A stretch of DNA of 63,356 nt, the filler included, from Octopus bimaculoides (lineage: Eukaryota): assembly GCF_001194135.2 (NCBI RefSeq). It is 8 parts of 8 records of this genome, joined end to end, with 100 filler letters (N's around TTAATTAATTAA, not from the genome) between each part and the next. Parts side by side here need not be neighbours in the genome. Positions count along the whole stretch, not along the records: positions 35,609 to 60,146 come from NC_068993.1; 7 more parts are not named here. One strand, 5' to 3'. The translations under genes and the position numbers were made by a program. Shown in pieces: positions 41,099 through 53,173 of the stretch. The notes under the pieces were generated by a model. That model worked only from the letters and a program-made list of their open reading frames with translations. It had not been told where the DNA came from and ran no database searches. How positions within the stretch are numbered: position 1 is the stretch's first letter; each line of letters starts with the position of its first letter.

Positions 41099-41667
41099 TA
41101 TGCTTCAACACACGAAATCACATAAAAAGTCTTGCAAACCAAATCCAAAAACGAAATATTTATAACTTACTCTATGGAAGGTTTCACTTTTATTCTTCGA
41201 GCTTTGATATACAAAAAGTATGGAAGACCCTACATACAAAAGACTATGTCGATTTAGGTCCATTTACGCGGAAGCTCTGGGCAAAATGTTTAGTACATGA
41301 CCATCCTTGGGACATATGTAATGTGTGTGTAAAGGCTGGCGAAAATCGGTTGAGAATTGTGGAAATGTATGTGTTCAGTGTTCCTAGTCAATTTAATCAC
41401 CGTCGCTGGTGGACAGTGGAAATACATAGACAAAGTCTTTTTACTGTTATAAAAAGATTAAAAAATATATGGAAGACCCTACATACAAAAACTATGTCCA
41501 TTTACGTCCATTTACGTGGGAGCTCTGGGCAAAATGTTACAGCGCATGACCATCCATGGGACATAATGTGTGTGTAAATTTTGGTGAAAATCGATTGAGA
41601 ATTGTGGTTGTGGAAATGTATGCGTTAGTCATTATACACACACATACTGGGATTTATATATACTAGA
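41099..41667 (-). mobile_element. Non-autonomous Helitron-like element with an internal ~250-bp-period duplication
   Basis: Minus strand starts aTCTAGTATATATAAA..gtgtgtgt, like 28008. The block tatggaagaccctacatacaaaa...gaattgtgg occurs at ~41218 and ~41468. A related fragment lies at 37895-37965. Confidence 0.55.
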
Positions 41668-41884
41668 TATATAATTTAAAAAACCTAGTAAATAAGCATA
41701 CGAACATATACTAAATACACAGACCAACAGAAAACACAGAAGGTCACCAACTCCTCTTCAGTTATAGGCCAGAGGGTCAAGCGCAATTTCGAACATCATC
41801 GTTCCACTCTGGAGGCAACGGCAAGAAACTTGCCGGGAATAGGACCAAAACGAGATGGGTTCGAGACGAGAAAGTTAGTGGACT

Positions 41885-42050
41885 ACGACGGGCTTCTTTC
41901 AGTTTCCGTCTACCAAATCCACTCATAAGCCTTTGGTCGGCCCGATGCTATAGTAGAAGATACTTGTCCAAGGTACCACGCAGTGGAACTGAACCCGGAA
42001 CCCTGTGGTTGGGAAGCAAGCTTCTTACCACGCAGCCACGCCTGCACCTG
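41885..42050 (-). mobile_element. Family 3 SINE
   Basis: ctttcagtttccgtctaccaaatccactc...ttgtccaaggtaccacgcagtggaactgaaccc...ccacgcagccacgcctgc. Confidence 0.85.
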
Positions 42051-43975
42051 ATGTGAATGTATTTATTCGAAATATTGCTCAATGGCTTGTTTTAGGTTTG
42101 ATATTTTTAAGGAAACCATTTGATAAAGTGAATCACAGAAAACTTTGAAAAAATGTTATCTAGAAATGTTCAGGGTTATGGTTTCACTTTTAAGTAAATT
42201 TTATGGTAAGATACCTGTTTAATCAATTTCAAACACTTTCCCATGAATATCGATATTCAGGACATTTTGGAGTAAATCTAAATAACTGACATATTTATTG
42301 AAATGGAGAGACTATCTGCATATGAATGTAGAAATAAATGTAGAAAGCATCCCATTTATTTTCAGATATTAGCGACACACAGCTAATGAAAAAATACTAT
42401 TTCTGCATGTATTCTTTTAATAGTTTCAGTCAATAGAGATCGGCGAAGAGTTTAGTCAATCATAGCGACTAAGGATATTTCATTATAAAAAATGTTTTCA
42501 AATAAGTTTGGCGTTTTGGACGTAAAAGGAAGCAACGTGGAGCACTGATTCACATCGGTGTGCATGCAAACTCGTAAAGAAACATACCCGTGGTGGATCT
42601 ACGGTGTTCAACGATGAATTACCTGGTTCTGAATTAATCTGTACGTGGCTAGGCAAACCACAGACACCACAGACGCGTGTACTGTTAAACTTAACGTAAT
42701 TCTCCAGCAGACTCAGAGTGACCCAGAGTGTGACATGGTTGAATTCTTCGAAATATATAATCAATTGAAGATTGTATTTATTTTACGTATTATTAAACTC
42801 AAGAAAAGCCGAATGTCCATAGCTGGAACTCTTTTGATTAACTAACAACACCATCAAGAAGAATCGGAATGATTGCGATGCGTTGCTAAATATCGCAATA
42901 TATTTAATCGAACACTAGCATTTTTGTCACACAATCAGAATCTTTTAATGGCTGGATAGATAAATTATTAAAGAATTAATGACACAAAGTAACATGTTTT
43001 ATGTGCCTGTGGAAGATTGTCGGTGATATCGAGCCCAAAACTTGGTTGTCTCTTACTCTATCAACGTCATAAAAATGTCAGACTTGAACTCAAATACGCC
43101 GCATACTTTAAAAAGTTCATAAGATAAAAATCAAAACGATTCTGTCACTTCACACCAATTTCTTAAATAAAAAAACAAGACCACAAATTTTATTGTGTGG
43201 GATGCGGTATAATCATTTATATTATTTTCTACTTTACTAAGAATTTATCGATTCTGAGAGAATGAAAGGCAATGTCTACACCAGCAAAGTCTGAACTGAA
43301 AATGTAAAGTGATGTAGCAGAAATAATGTCGAAAACCCAAGGCTCACCCAATTTGACCTCTGCAACGAAGTCAACGATTAAAAACATGAGCTAATGTTGA
43401 AGGGTATATAGGGTTGTACGAAAGACAAGAAATAACACCTTAATCTCCTCAAATCACATCCTTTATTGTACAAAAACAGGGCATGTTCTTAAAAAACAAA
43501 ATGAACAAAAGGTGAGTTACATCAAACTTCTTGTGATCATGGGATTCTTCAGTCATGGTTGGCTTGAGGGTTAATGAACATGGCAACATCGAGTTAAGAA
43601 GGCTACAAAAAAAAATTTAATATTGAAATAACAACAAAATACAATAAACAAAAATATTTCTTCTAACCTCCCAATAGATTTATTTGCATTGTTTAGACAG
43701 CCACAGTAAACATTTCTCTAATAAATTACTTTCAAAACGTAAGACAGATGAACTTTTGATATGAGATAAAAGTTAGATTAAACGAATCGAACACGAAAGA
43801 TTATGGGAACCGCGCATTTTTTACTGCATATCACAAATCATTGACTGTTTTGAAGAAACTTTTGTGACTTCAAAATCACTTGTTTTAAACCAGAGTCAGT
43901 GTTAGTGAGCCGTTGCGATATTACGGCAACACTCCCGGACGTCAATCTGTTTGACAACTATATACATTGATAAAT

Positions 43976-44358
43976 GTGGAGGTGCAATGGCTCAGTGGTT
44001 AGGGCAGCAGACTCGCAGTCATAGGATCGTAGTTTCGATTCCCAGACCGGGCGTTGTGAGTGTTTATTGAGCGAAAACACCTAAAGCTCCACGCAGCTCC
44101 GGCAGGGGATGGTGGTGAACCCTGCTGTACTCTTTCGCCACAACTTTCTCTCACTCTTACTTCCTGTTTCTGTTGTGCCTGTAATTCAAAGGGTCAGCCT
44201 TGTCACACTGTGTCACGCTGAATATCCCCGAGAACTACGTTAAGGGTACACGTGTCTGTGGAGTGCTCAGCCACTTGCACGTTAATTTCACGAGCAGGTT
44301 GTTCCGTTGATCGGATCAACTGGAACCCTCGACGTCGTAAGCGACGGAGTGCCAACAA
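43976..44358 (+). mobile_element. tRNA-derived SINE, family 1, full length
   Basis: gtggaggtgcaatggctcagtggttagggcagcagactc...gtttcgattccc head and ...cggagtgccaacaaa tail. Confidence 0.92.
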
Positions 44359-45850
44359 ATACATAGATAAATATCCCTTCCTCCACACAGAGCCGGCCTT
44401 AGGAGATGCGGGCCCATTTGGGAACAAGTTTGGTGTGCCCAAGGTTCCCAGTCAACTTGCACCTCGGGAATTCCCAGCCCCGGAATTATTTTGTTTTACC
44501 TCGTTTTGTTTTCAGGTGCTATCAACTAATCTCACCTTCTAATATACTGCAGATGACATTTTTCCTCTTTACGGCATATTAGGTGATCAGAATAGTGGCT
44601 ATTTTTTATGTTTAATAACTGCAATTTTTAGTATACTAAACAGCCACGTTAAGGACGAGCTACCTTTCAGTTTATTTAAAACAGAGTATGATGTTTGTGT
44701 ATGTATATATATAGATTTTCTCTTTTGAACAAGAGATAAGAAATTTCATCTCACCTCCCCCATCTTTCTCTCTCCCACTATACACACATATACACGCGGA
44801 CGTGTGTGTGTATGTATACAATTCCCCACAAAATAAAAAATACATATACATATAATCATATACATAAATACAAAAACCTCGACCAAACTACTATAAAAAA
44901 TAATTGAACTTTTAACCTTTAACCATTGTAGCCAAAATAATGAGTACTGAATTATTTTACACATACACATCCATTTGCCTTTTGCTTTTATCATTTAAAT
45001 TTTTTTTGCTTCCTTTAAAACATACATACATACATACGTACATACACACACATATACATATATATATNNNNNNNNNNNNNNNNNNNNNNNNNNNNNNNNN
45101 NNNNNNNNNNNNNNNNNNNNNNNNNNNNNNNNNNNNNNNNNNNNNNNNNNNNNNNNNNNNNNNNNNNNNNNNNNNNNNNNNNNNNNNNNNNNNNNNNNNN
45201 NNNNNNNNNNNNNNNNNNNNNNNNNNNNNNNNNNNNNNNNNNNNNNNNNNNNNNNNNNNNNNNNNNNNNNNNNNNNNNNNNNNNNNNNNNNNNNNNNNNN
45301 NNNNNNNNNNNNNNNNNNNNNNNNNNNNNNNNNNNNNNNNNNNNNNNNNNNNNNNNNNNNNNNNNNNNNNNNNNNNNNNNNNNNNNNNNNNNNNNNNNNN
45401 NNNNNNNNNNNNNNNNNNNNNNNNNNNNNNNNNNNNNNNNNNNNNNNNNNNNNNNNNNNNNNNNNNNNNNNNNNNNNNNNNNNNNNNNNNNNNNNNNNNN
45501 NNNNNNNNNNNNNNNNNNNNNNNNNNNNNNNNNNNNNNNNNNNNNNNNNNNNNNNNNNNNNNNNNNNNNNNNNNNNNNNNNNNNNNNNNNNNNNNNNNNN
45601 NNNNNNNNNNNNNNNNNNNNNNNNNNNNNNNNNNNNNNNNNNNNNNNNNNNNNNNNNNNNNNNNNNNNNNNNNNNNNNNNNNNNNNNNNNNNNNNNNNNN
45701 NNNNNNNNNNNNNNNNNNNNNNNNNNNNNNNNNNNNNNNNNNNNNNNNNNNNNNNNNNNTATAGGTATAAGAATATACCAGAAACAAATATTAAAAAATG
45801 GAGAGAAGATGTTGAAATAGAAATAGAATTTATCATAAAACTGGATTCAG

Positions 45851-46020
45851 TGCATACGTACGTTTCGAAAAGCAATGCAAAAATATTTAAGAAAAATTTT
45901 TTAAATCATAGTGAGTAAAAATATAATTGAAAAAATAAATAATTAAAAAATAAAATTAAAAATAACATTAAAAATGAAATTTAAAGTTTAATTTATGCAT
46001 TGTCATTCTCATCAGTGAAG
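45851..46020 (-). ncRNA. Hammerhead-like motif with a 116-nt AT-rich loop II, in a probable inverted pLTR
   Basis: Minus strand: cttca-CTGATGA-gaatgacaatgca-(116 nt)-tgcattgcttttc-GAAAC-GTAC-GTA-tgca. Stem III is palindromic (ACGTACGT); stem I is weak. Confidence 0.6.
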
Positions 46021-46322
46021 AATATTTAGAGGGACATCAAAAACATTTAATAAGATGAAGTAGAATGAGATAAAAATAAAATAAAATGAAAATAAAATAA
46101 GATACAATAAGAGAACACAGATGGGACAATAAGCAAAGTCTGGTAATTTACAAACCACGTTGTGAACGGGAAAAATAATGATATCAATAATAATAATGGT
46201 AAGAGAGAGACGTAAATGAAAAATATAAATATATATCAATGTGTATGCAAGTGCATATGTGCAGTGTATAAATATATATACAAAATATGAAAACATATAT
46301 ATACATACATACATACATACAT

Positions 46323-46402
<80 letters not shown>

Positions 46403-47064
46403 AAATTATTTCTAAAAGAATTAATACCCATTCCCACCACTACAACTTTGCTTTGTCTAAGGCAGGATACGACAATGAAATTACTTTTTTTTATCCTGAA
46501 AGTATAACACCTACTAATAATAGTAAGTATGAGATTTAAAGTGAAGGCATCCAACAAACCCATCACCGTAAATAAAAAGATAAGCAACATTAGGAAATTA
46601 GACGCTATAACCAGTAGGAATATTAGTTTAGATAATAAAGGTAGTGAGGCGACTGGGCAGATTATGCCACCCTCTTTAGAAAAATATTGGTAATGTGGCC
46701 ATGCCTAATAATCTAGTCGCGATTTTGCGAGGCCTTGAAAACGCAGGTAGTTTCCGCCCTTACATATGTAAGACGTCTGAAAATAATGATTTAACCTGGT
46801 ATAACGTTCCCTTCAACTATACCATATCCACAAACATCGACCTAATAACGGACGGTGGGATTTAACTCTACAATTGCAACCAGAAACATTACTACTATTA
46901 ATATTATTGATATTCCAATCATTATTATTATTGTTAAGAAATTTATGGCAATTGTAAGATAAAACTTCACTGCTTCCCATAGATATAAACGAATTTTTTC
47001 CCGTAAGACAGTTAGAATCTAATATTCTACCCTCCCCAATATGGGTACCATCAAAGCAAGGTTA

Positions 47065-47065
<1 letters not shown>

Positions 47066-47135
<70 letters not shown>

Positions 47136-47157
47136 CAACAACAACAACAACAACAAG

Positions 47158-47202
<45 letters not shown>

Positions 47203-47206
47203 AATG
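47066..47206. repeat. (AAT)n(AAC)n expansion inside the Asn-rich linker of Penelope-like copy 2
   Basis: Seen directly. Confidence 0.95.
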
Positions 47207-47365
47207 ATTGGAATATCAATAATATTAATAGTAGTAATGTTCCTGGTTGCAATTGTAGAGTTAAATCCCACCGTCCGTTATTAGGTCGATGTTTAATCCA
47301 AAACGTAATTTATAAATGTACAATTATAACGGAGGCTGGTAACTTTATATATATATAGAATGTTC

Positions 47366-48546
47366 GGATCTTTTCCTTTTGGCCGGCACATAAACATTTT
47401 TTTTGTAACTAAACACTTTCAAATTTCGTATACTGGTAGAATGTGTCATTTAAAACATCATTTACTCTTGGCATTTTTAAGAAAATTCTTTATTTTTAAA
47501 GTTATTCCATGTTAAAGTTGTCGTATTACGGTAATTTCAACCAATCAATGACGTCTATTGAGGTGAAAACAATTACTGCAGTGGTTTGTCAACATGACGT
47601 TTTGGCGGTGTAAATTTACTTTGTCACTGTTATTTCTGATATATTTACATTTGAGATACACGTGTATATAGTTTAATCAATTCAGTTATTAGTTACTTTT
47701 AAAATTTTTTCAGTTTATGAAAGTATTTTCGATTTGTTTTAGCGTTTTTGAAATTGCCTATTTTGGGGTCTTTTTCCTTGAATAAAATTACTGCCGTTGT
47801 TTGTCAATAACAACTATCGGCGGTATATATTTCGTTTGTCACTGTTATTTATGACATCATTCGTGCGCTTGTACTGGTTTTAGCTTTGGAGTTTTAGGGT
47901 TAGGGTTAGGGTTCGGGTTTTAGAGTTTGGGTTAGCGTTTTAAAGTTAGGGTTAAGGTTTAGGGTCAAGGTTAGGGTTTTAGAGTTGGGTTCAGGTTAGG
48001 GTTAGGGTTGGGATTTTAAGGCTACGGAAAAATGTGAAAAATGAAGAAATTGGAGGGGGAGGGGCAAAAATGTCTTTCCGAAAATAATAGCTGAAAAAAA
48101 CTCTAACCTAACTCTAAAACCCTAACCCTAACCCTAACTCTGAAACCCTATCCCTAACCCTAAAACCCTAACCCTGACTCTAAAACTCTAACCCTAACTC
48201 TAAAACCCGAACCCTAACCCTAACCCTAAAACTCTAAAGCTAAAACCAGTACAAACGCACGAACGATGTCATAAATAACAGTGACAAAGAAAATTTACAC
48301 CGCCAGAACGTCTTGTTGACAAACCACAGCAGTAATTGTTTTCACCTCAATAGACGTCATTGATTGGTTGAAATTACCGAAATACGACAACTTTAACACG
48401 AAAGAACTTCGAAAATAAAGAATGTTCTTAAAATCTCCAAGAGTAAATGATGTTTTAAATGACACATTCGACCAGTATACGAAATTTGAAAGTGTTTAGT
48501 CACAAAAAAATAATTTTTCTATGTGCCGTCCAAAAGGAAAAGATCC
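47366..48546. mobile_element. Non-autonomous foldback DNA transposon (Merlin-like) with long inverted arms containing TTAGGG arrays
   Basis: Termini GGATCTTTTCC / GGAAAAGATCC; flanks gaatgttc (47358-47365) and ggatgtcc (48547-48554) match 6/8; arms align over >400 bp. Confidence 0.85.
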
Positions 48547-50525
48547 GGATGTCCGATAAATGTGAAGAAACGTATCAATAACCACTTTTCCTCTTTTAGA
48601 CTCAAACATAAAGCCAATTGTACGCCCTTATCTAGCAAGATTTGGGAACAGAAAGAAAGCGGGATCGAATTTAGCCTTAAATGGGATATAATACGGAAAG
48701 CACAATCTTATAGAGATAGTCGATACAGGTGTGAGCTGTGCTCTATGGAAACTTATGAGATTTTTAAGTATAAAAGAACAGCCTGATTAATAATAGATCA
48801 GATCTAAGGGTATCATGCGTGCATAGCGTCACCCGTACATTTAAGTATTTTCGAAATTAGCGATTATAGTCGCCATACTTGAACTTTGATGGTGGAAATT
48901 AATTTTGGTGCCGTATCCGTTGTAAATTTACCCTCTAGTATTAAATGTAATAAGATCATGGGATATTGAGTTATATGGTGAATTAAATTGCATTGCATAT
49001 GTTATAAGCTATGCGTTATGGTATGTGGTGTGCTATATATAATTACTATCCCATGAAAACTTCTGCCTAGTTAGTCTGACTTCATCATGTTTTTGGTGAT
49101 TAAACTGCTTGTTCCTTTCTGTGATGTTCTACCTTACTGATCATTCTCTGTATATTTGTAATGGCTTTTATGTAAGTAAGTCTCCTACTTATATATCCCC
49201 TAGAAACTATAAAATCATGTATGAAATAGCACCTGTAACATTGCAATTTATAAAATCTCTTCGGTCTGAATACCTCTAACTGCCCTCACTCCACCCATAC
49301 CTAATACCTCCTCTTTTCGGGTTACCTTTATCTCTTCCTTACCTCAAATTTTAATACCTTGTCTCTTTAAATGTAGGTTATATACATTTCTTATCATTTT
49401 CTACAAATTCTTATTTTGTTTTCTTACTTTGATATCTTTATCTATTAACGTTTTATCCCTTATAAGTTGTTACTCTTCTTAAATAGGAGACTTTTCAGCT
49501 ACTTAGGTCTATGTGAGATGTTTATTCTATATGCATATAAACGTATAAATATTTGTTTATGTGTATATATGCATATATGTACGTAACCTATGAACCTCTC
49601 ATACCTTATAAATTGATGTCTTTCTTGTTCGTAAATAGATACTTTTTAGTTACTTAAGTCTAGATTGTTACTATATCCATATAAATGTATAAATATTTGT
49701 GTAAGTGTGCACATAGATAAATATGTGTGTGTATCTATACACATCTTTATTTTTTTCTGATTCTTCGCTTATAATTAATATATAGATAGCACGTTTATCT
49801 TTCCAGTATTCCATAAATAAATGCCTTGAGCAGTCTTTATAGAAACTACCTCATAAGTAAATAATTAAGTACATGAATAAATATTAAACTGATTCTATGT
49901 AAACTTTCCTTTTTAATGTTGAAAATTGATATATACACATAGGTTACCTATTTTGGTTATGATATTTTTGATAATTTAAAATTTTAACTTTATACAACAT
50001 GACAATGTTGTTTATAAAAATCACCCATAGTTCCCCATGATAAAATTTCCTCTATATTAACATCATAAGTTTTATTAGCGTCATGCACCTTTAAATGGTA
50101 ATTAACATCACGACATAGAGTCTTCCCTTACCCAGCCTCCTTTATAGACAGTTACTTTACTACTCCTAATATCGTGACAATATTTATGACCATACCTAGA
50201 CATTTGCTGTAAACTCACTCTTGCCCTTCATTCCAAACAGACATAGCCCTCTAGCCTTAGTAGTTGATAAATAGATAAATAAAATAGAAATGAAGCACAA
50301 TCTTTTACAGGCTATGACCCCCAGTAAGCTTCCATCTTCTTGCTCTGTTAAAATATTTGAGAAAAATTATATTAATGTGTCCAACTGATTAAAATTCTAT
50401 TTATTTGTGCAGCTGATTATAGCCCTACATTTAAATTGATATAATGATTGCATTGTTCAATTAAATAGAGCCGCTTGAAACGGTCGTACTGATTCAGTTC
50501 TTGATAGTCTGTTGCTTATTTTTAT

Positions 50526-50559
<34 letters not shown>

Positions 50560-52350
50560 AATAATAATCAGGTACTCAGATGTCTGGATGGTTGTATATT
50601 TACAGATTTTTATTCATATGTCACATGTTTTATAAATTAGCGCTTTCACCTAGTCTTGTAGGTTTATCAAATTGTTTGATAAAATTATCAAAGATTTGAT
50701 ATACTTACAAGACTAATTTCTCTCAAAATTTGATAGACCTACAGGACTAGGTGNNNNNNNNNNNNNNNNNNNNNNNNNNNNNNNNNNNNNNNNNNNNNNN
50801 NNNNNNNNNNNNNNNNNNNNNNNNNNNNNNNNNNNNNNNNNNNNNNNNNNNNNNNNNNNNNNNNNNNNNNNNNNNNNNNNNNNNNNNNNNNNNNNNNNNN
50901 NNNNNNNNNNNNNNNNNNNNNNNNNNNNNNNNNNNNNNNNNNNNNNNNNNNNNNNNNNNNNNNNNNNNNNNNNNNNNNNNNNNNNNNNNNNNNNNNNNNN
51001 NNNNNNNNNNNNNNNNNNNNNNNNNNNNNNNNNNNNNNNNNNNNNNNNNNNNNNNNNNNNNNNNNNNNNNNNNNNNNNNNNNNNNNNNNNNNNNNNNNNN
51101 NNNNNNNNNNNNNNNNNNNNNNNNNNNNNNNNNNNNNNNNNNNNNNNNNNNNNNNNNNNNNNNNNNNNNNNNNNNNNNNNNNNNNNNNNNNNNNNNNNNN
51201 NNNNNNNNNNNNNNNNNNNNNNNNNNNNNNNNNNNNNNNNNNNNNNNNNNNNNNNNNNNNNNNNNNNNNNNNNNNNNNNNNNNNNNNNNNNNNNNNNNNN
51301 NNNNNNNNNNNNNNNNNNNNNNNNNNNNNNNNNNNNNNNNNNNNNNNNNNNNNNNNNNNNNNNNNNNNNNNNNNNNNNNNNNNNNNNNNNNNNNNNNNNN
51401 NNNNNNNNNNNNNNNNNNNNNNNNNNNNNNNNNNNNNNNNNNNNNNNNNNNNNNNNNNNNNNNNNNNNNNNNNNNNNNNNNNNNNNNNNNNNNNNNNNNN
51501 NNNNNNNNNNNNNNNNNNNNNNNNNNNNNNNNNNNNNNNNNNNNNNNNNNNNNNNNNNNNNNNNNNNNNNNNNNNNNNNNNNNNNNNNNNNNNNNNNNNN
51601 NNNNNNNNNNNNNNNNNNNNNNNNNNNNNNNNNNNNNNNNNNNNNNNNNNNNNNNNNNNNNNNNNNNNNNNNNNNNNNNNNNNNNNNATACGTTAATATA
51701 TATATATATAACAGGCGTATATGTGCACATACCTATATATAGAGAGATGATTGTATGAATATGTATATGTATACACACTCATAAGCGCTATGTATAAAAT
51801 ATAATCTTCGATTATCCTGTTGACGGTTTTTGAAGTAATTTTAATTTCCATAATCTTTCTTAACATCATTATGAAACATGATAATGTAGATCAGTGGTTC
51901 TCAATTTTTATGTCTTCGTGTGATACAAAGAATCAAAAAAACTACTCGGAACAATTCGTATGGAAAAACTAAAACTAAAAATAATAGCAGTTCTAACAAT
52001 AAAACTTAAGAAAAATAAAATAGAGTAATCGTTCCTCTTTTGTTTTATTCATCATATATGAGTGTTACAATATTTTGAATAGCGGTTTTCCCAAGACACT
52101 CAAATGCTAGTGTGGATATTCGAAAGATTTAAAATCACATTTAAAAATCTAACATCACTTTTGTTATCAGTGTTTTACAGCAACTTCATCATCATCATCA
52201 TCATCAGCAGCTGCATCGTCAACACCGTCATTTTCTAATTTTCTTAATTCTTTTCATACTTCCGTCTTTGTCACATCATATTTTCTCTCACTTCAATACA
52301 CTCATGTCTTTCTGCACCCATATCCTGCTCTTTCTTCTTCTCTTCATTTT

Positions 52351-52408
<58 letters not shown>

Positions 52409-52438
52409 GTTGTTGTTGTTGTTGTTGCTATTGCTGCT

Positions 52439-53058
52439 TCCGGTTTTAAATCACTTTTAGTTAGCCATAGCTATTTTTTTTCTCTGTCTTATCTTCAACA
52501 TCCCTATGATATCGTCTATGCATTCTTTTCTTTATCCACCTATTTTCAGTTTTATTCATTCTCAAGTGCTTGAACAGTGCTTTATCTTTGCAATCTTGCA
52601 TCCTACACAAGCCAGACCTCCTTACTTTTAATAATAGCGATTCTGTGACACTTTTTACAAACCATGCTATGTTGTTTTGTTTGCATCCAATCAGTCCTCT
52701 TCCCCCTCTTTTTCTTGCTACATACAGTCAGTCATTTTGGGGGTGGAGTATCCATATCTAGTCAACAACGTCCTTGTCTTTCTATCTAAGCTGTTTAGTT
52801 CGTCTAGAGTCCATGCGATTACCCCTGTTCCATATCTGAGGAGTTAAACTACCCAGGCTTCAATCTTATTCCGTCCGTTTAATTTCGACTTAAGGATCAG
52901 TTTCAGTCTGCGCAAGTACTCCACCTTAAATTTTTCTGTCATTTCTTTTTCCACCAATTTATCCATTTCCAATATCCCCAAGTACTCTTCTCTTCTATTT
53001 GCTTCATGACCTCTCCCGACGGTATCGCTAGCTCGTCATTACATTTAATTTTGCCACT
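52439..53058 (-). mobile_element. R4/Dong-like non-LTR retrotransposon fragment (post-RT region)
   Basis: Diverged paralogue of ~53905-54525 with the same tccggttttaaatc start; bounded by (ACT)n(GTT)n and (TTC)n. Confidence 0.8.
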
Positions 53059-53173
53059 ATTGTTTCTTCTTCTTCTTCTTCTTCTTCTTCTTCTTCTTCT
53101 TCTTCTTCTTCTTCTTCTTCTTCTTCTTCTTCTTCTTCTTCTTCTTCTTCTTCTTCTTCTTCTTCTTCTTCTT

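Larger units (their letters stand above)
46401..50530 (+). mobile_element. Penelope-like element copy 2: thumb to GIY-YIG plus 3' UTR, interrupted by an inverted insertion, (AAT/AAC)n and a foldback element
   Basis: HHYNFALSKAGY; WYNVPFNYTISTNI; SRKTVRI*YSTLPN; CNCRVKS..PLLGRCLIQNVIYKC...FIY|GCPINVKKRINNHFSSFRLKHKAN...CELCSME...CVH. Homologous to copy 1. Confidence 0.9.
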
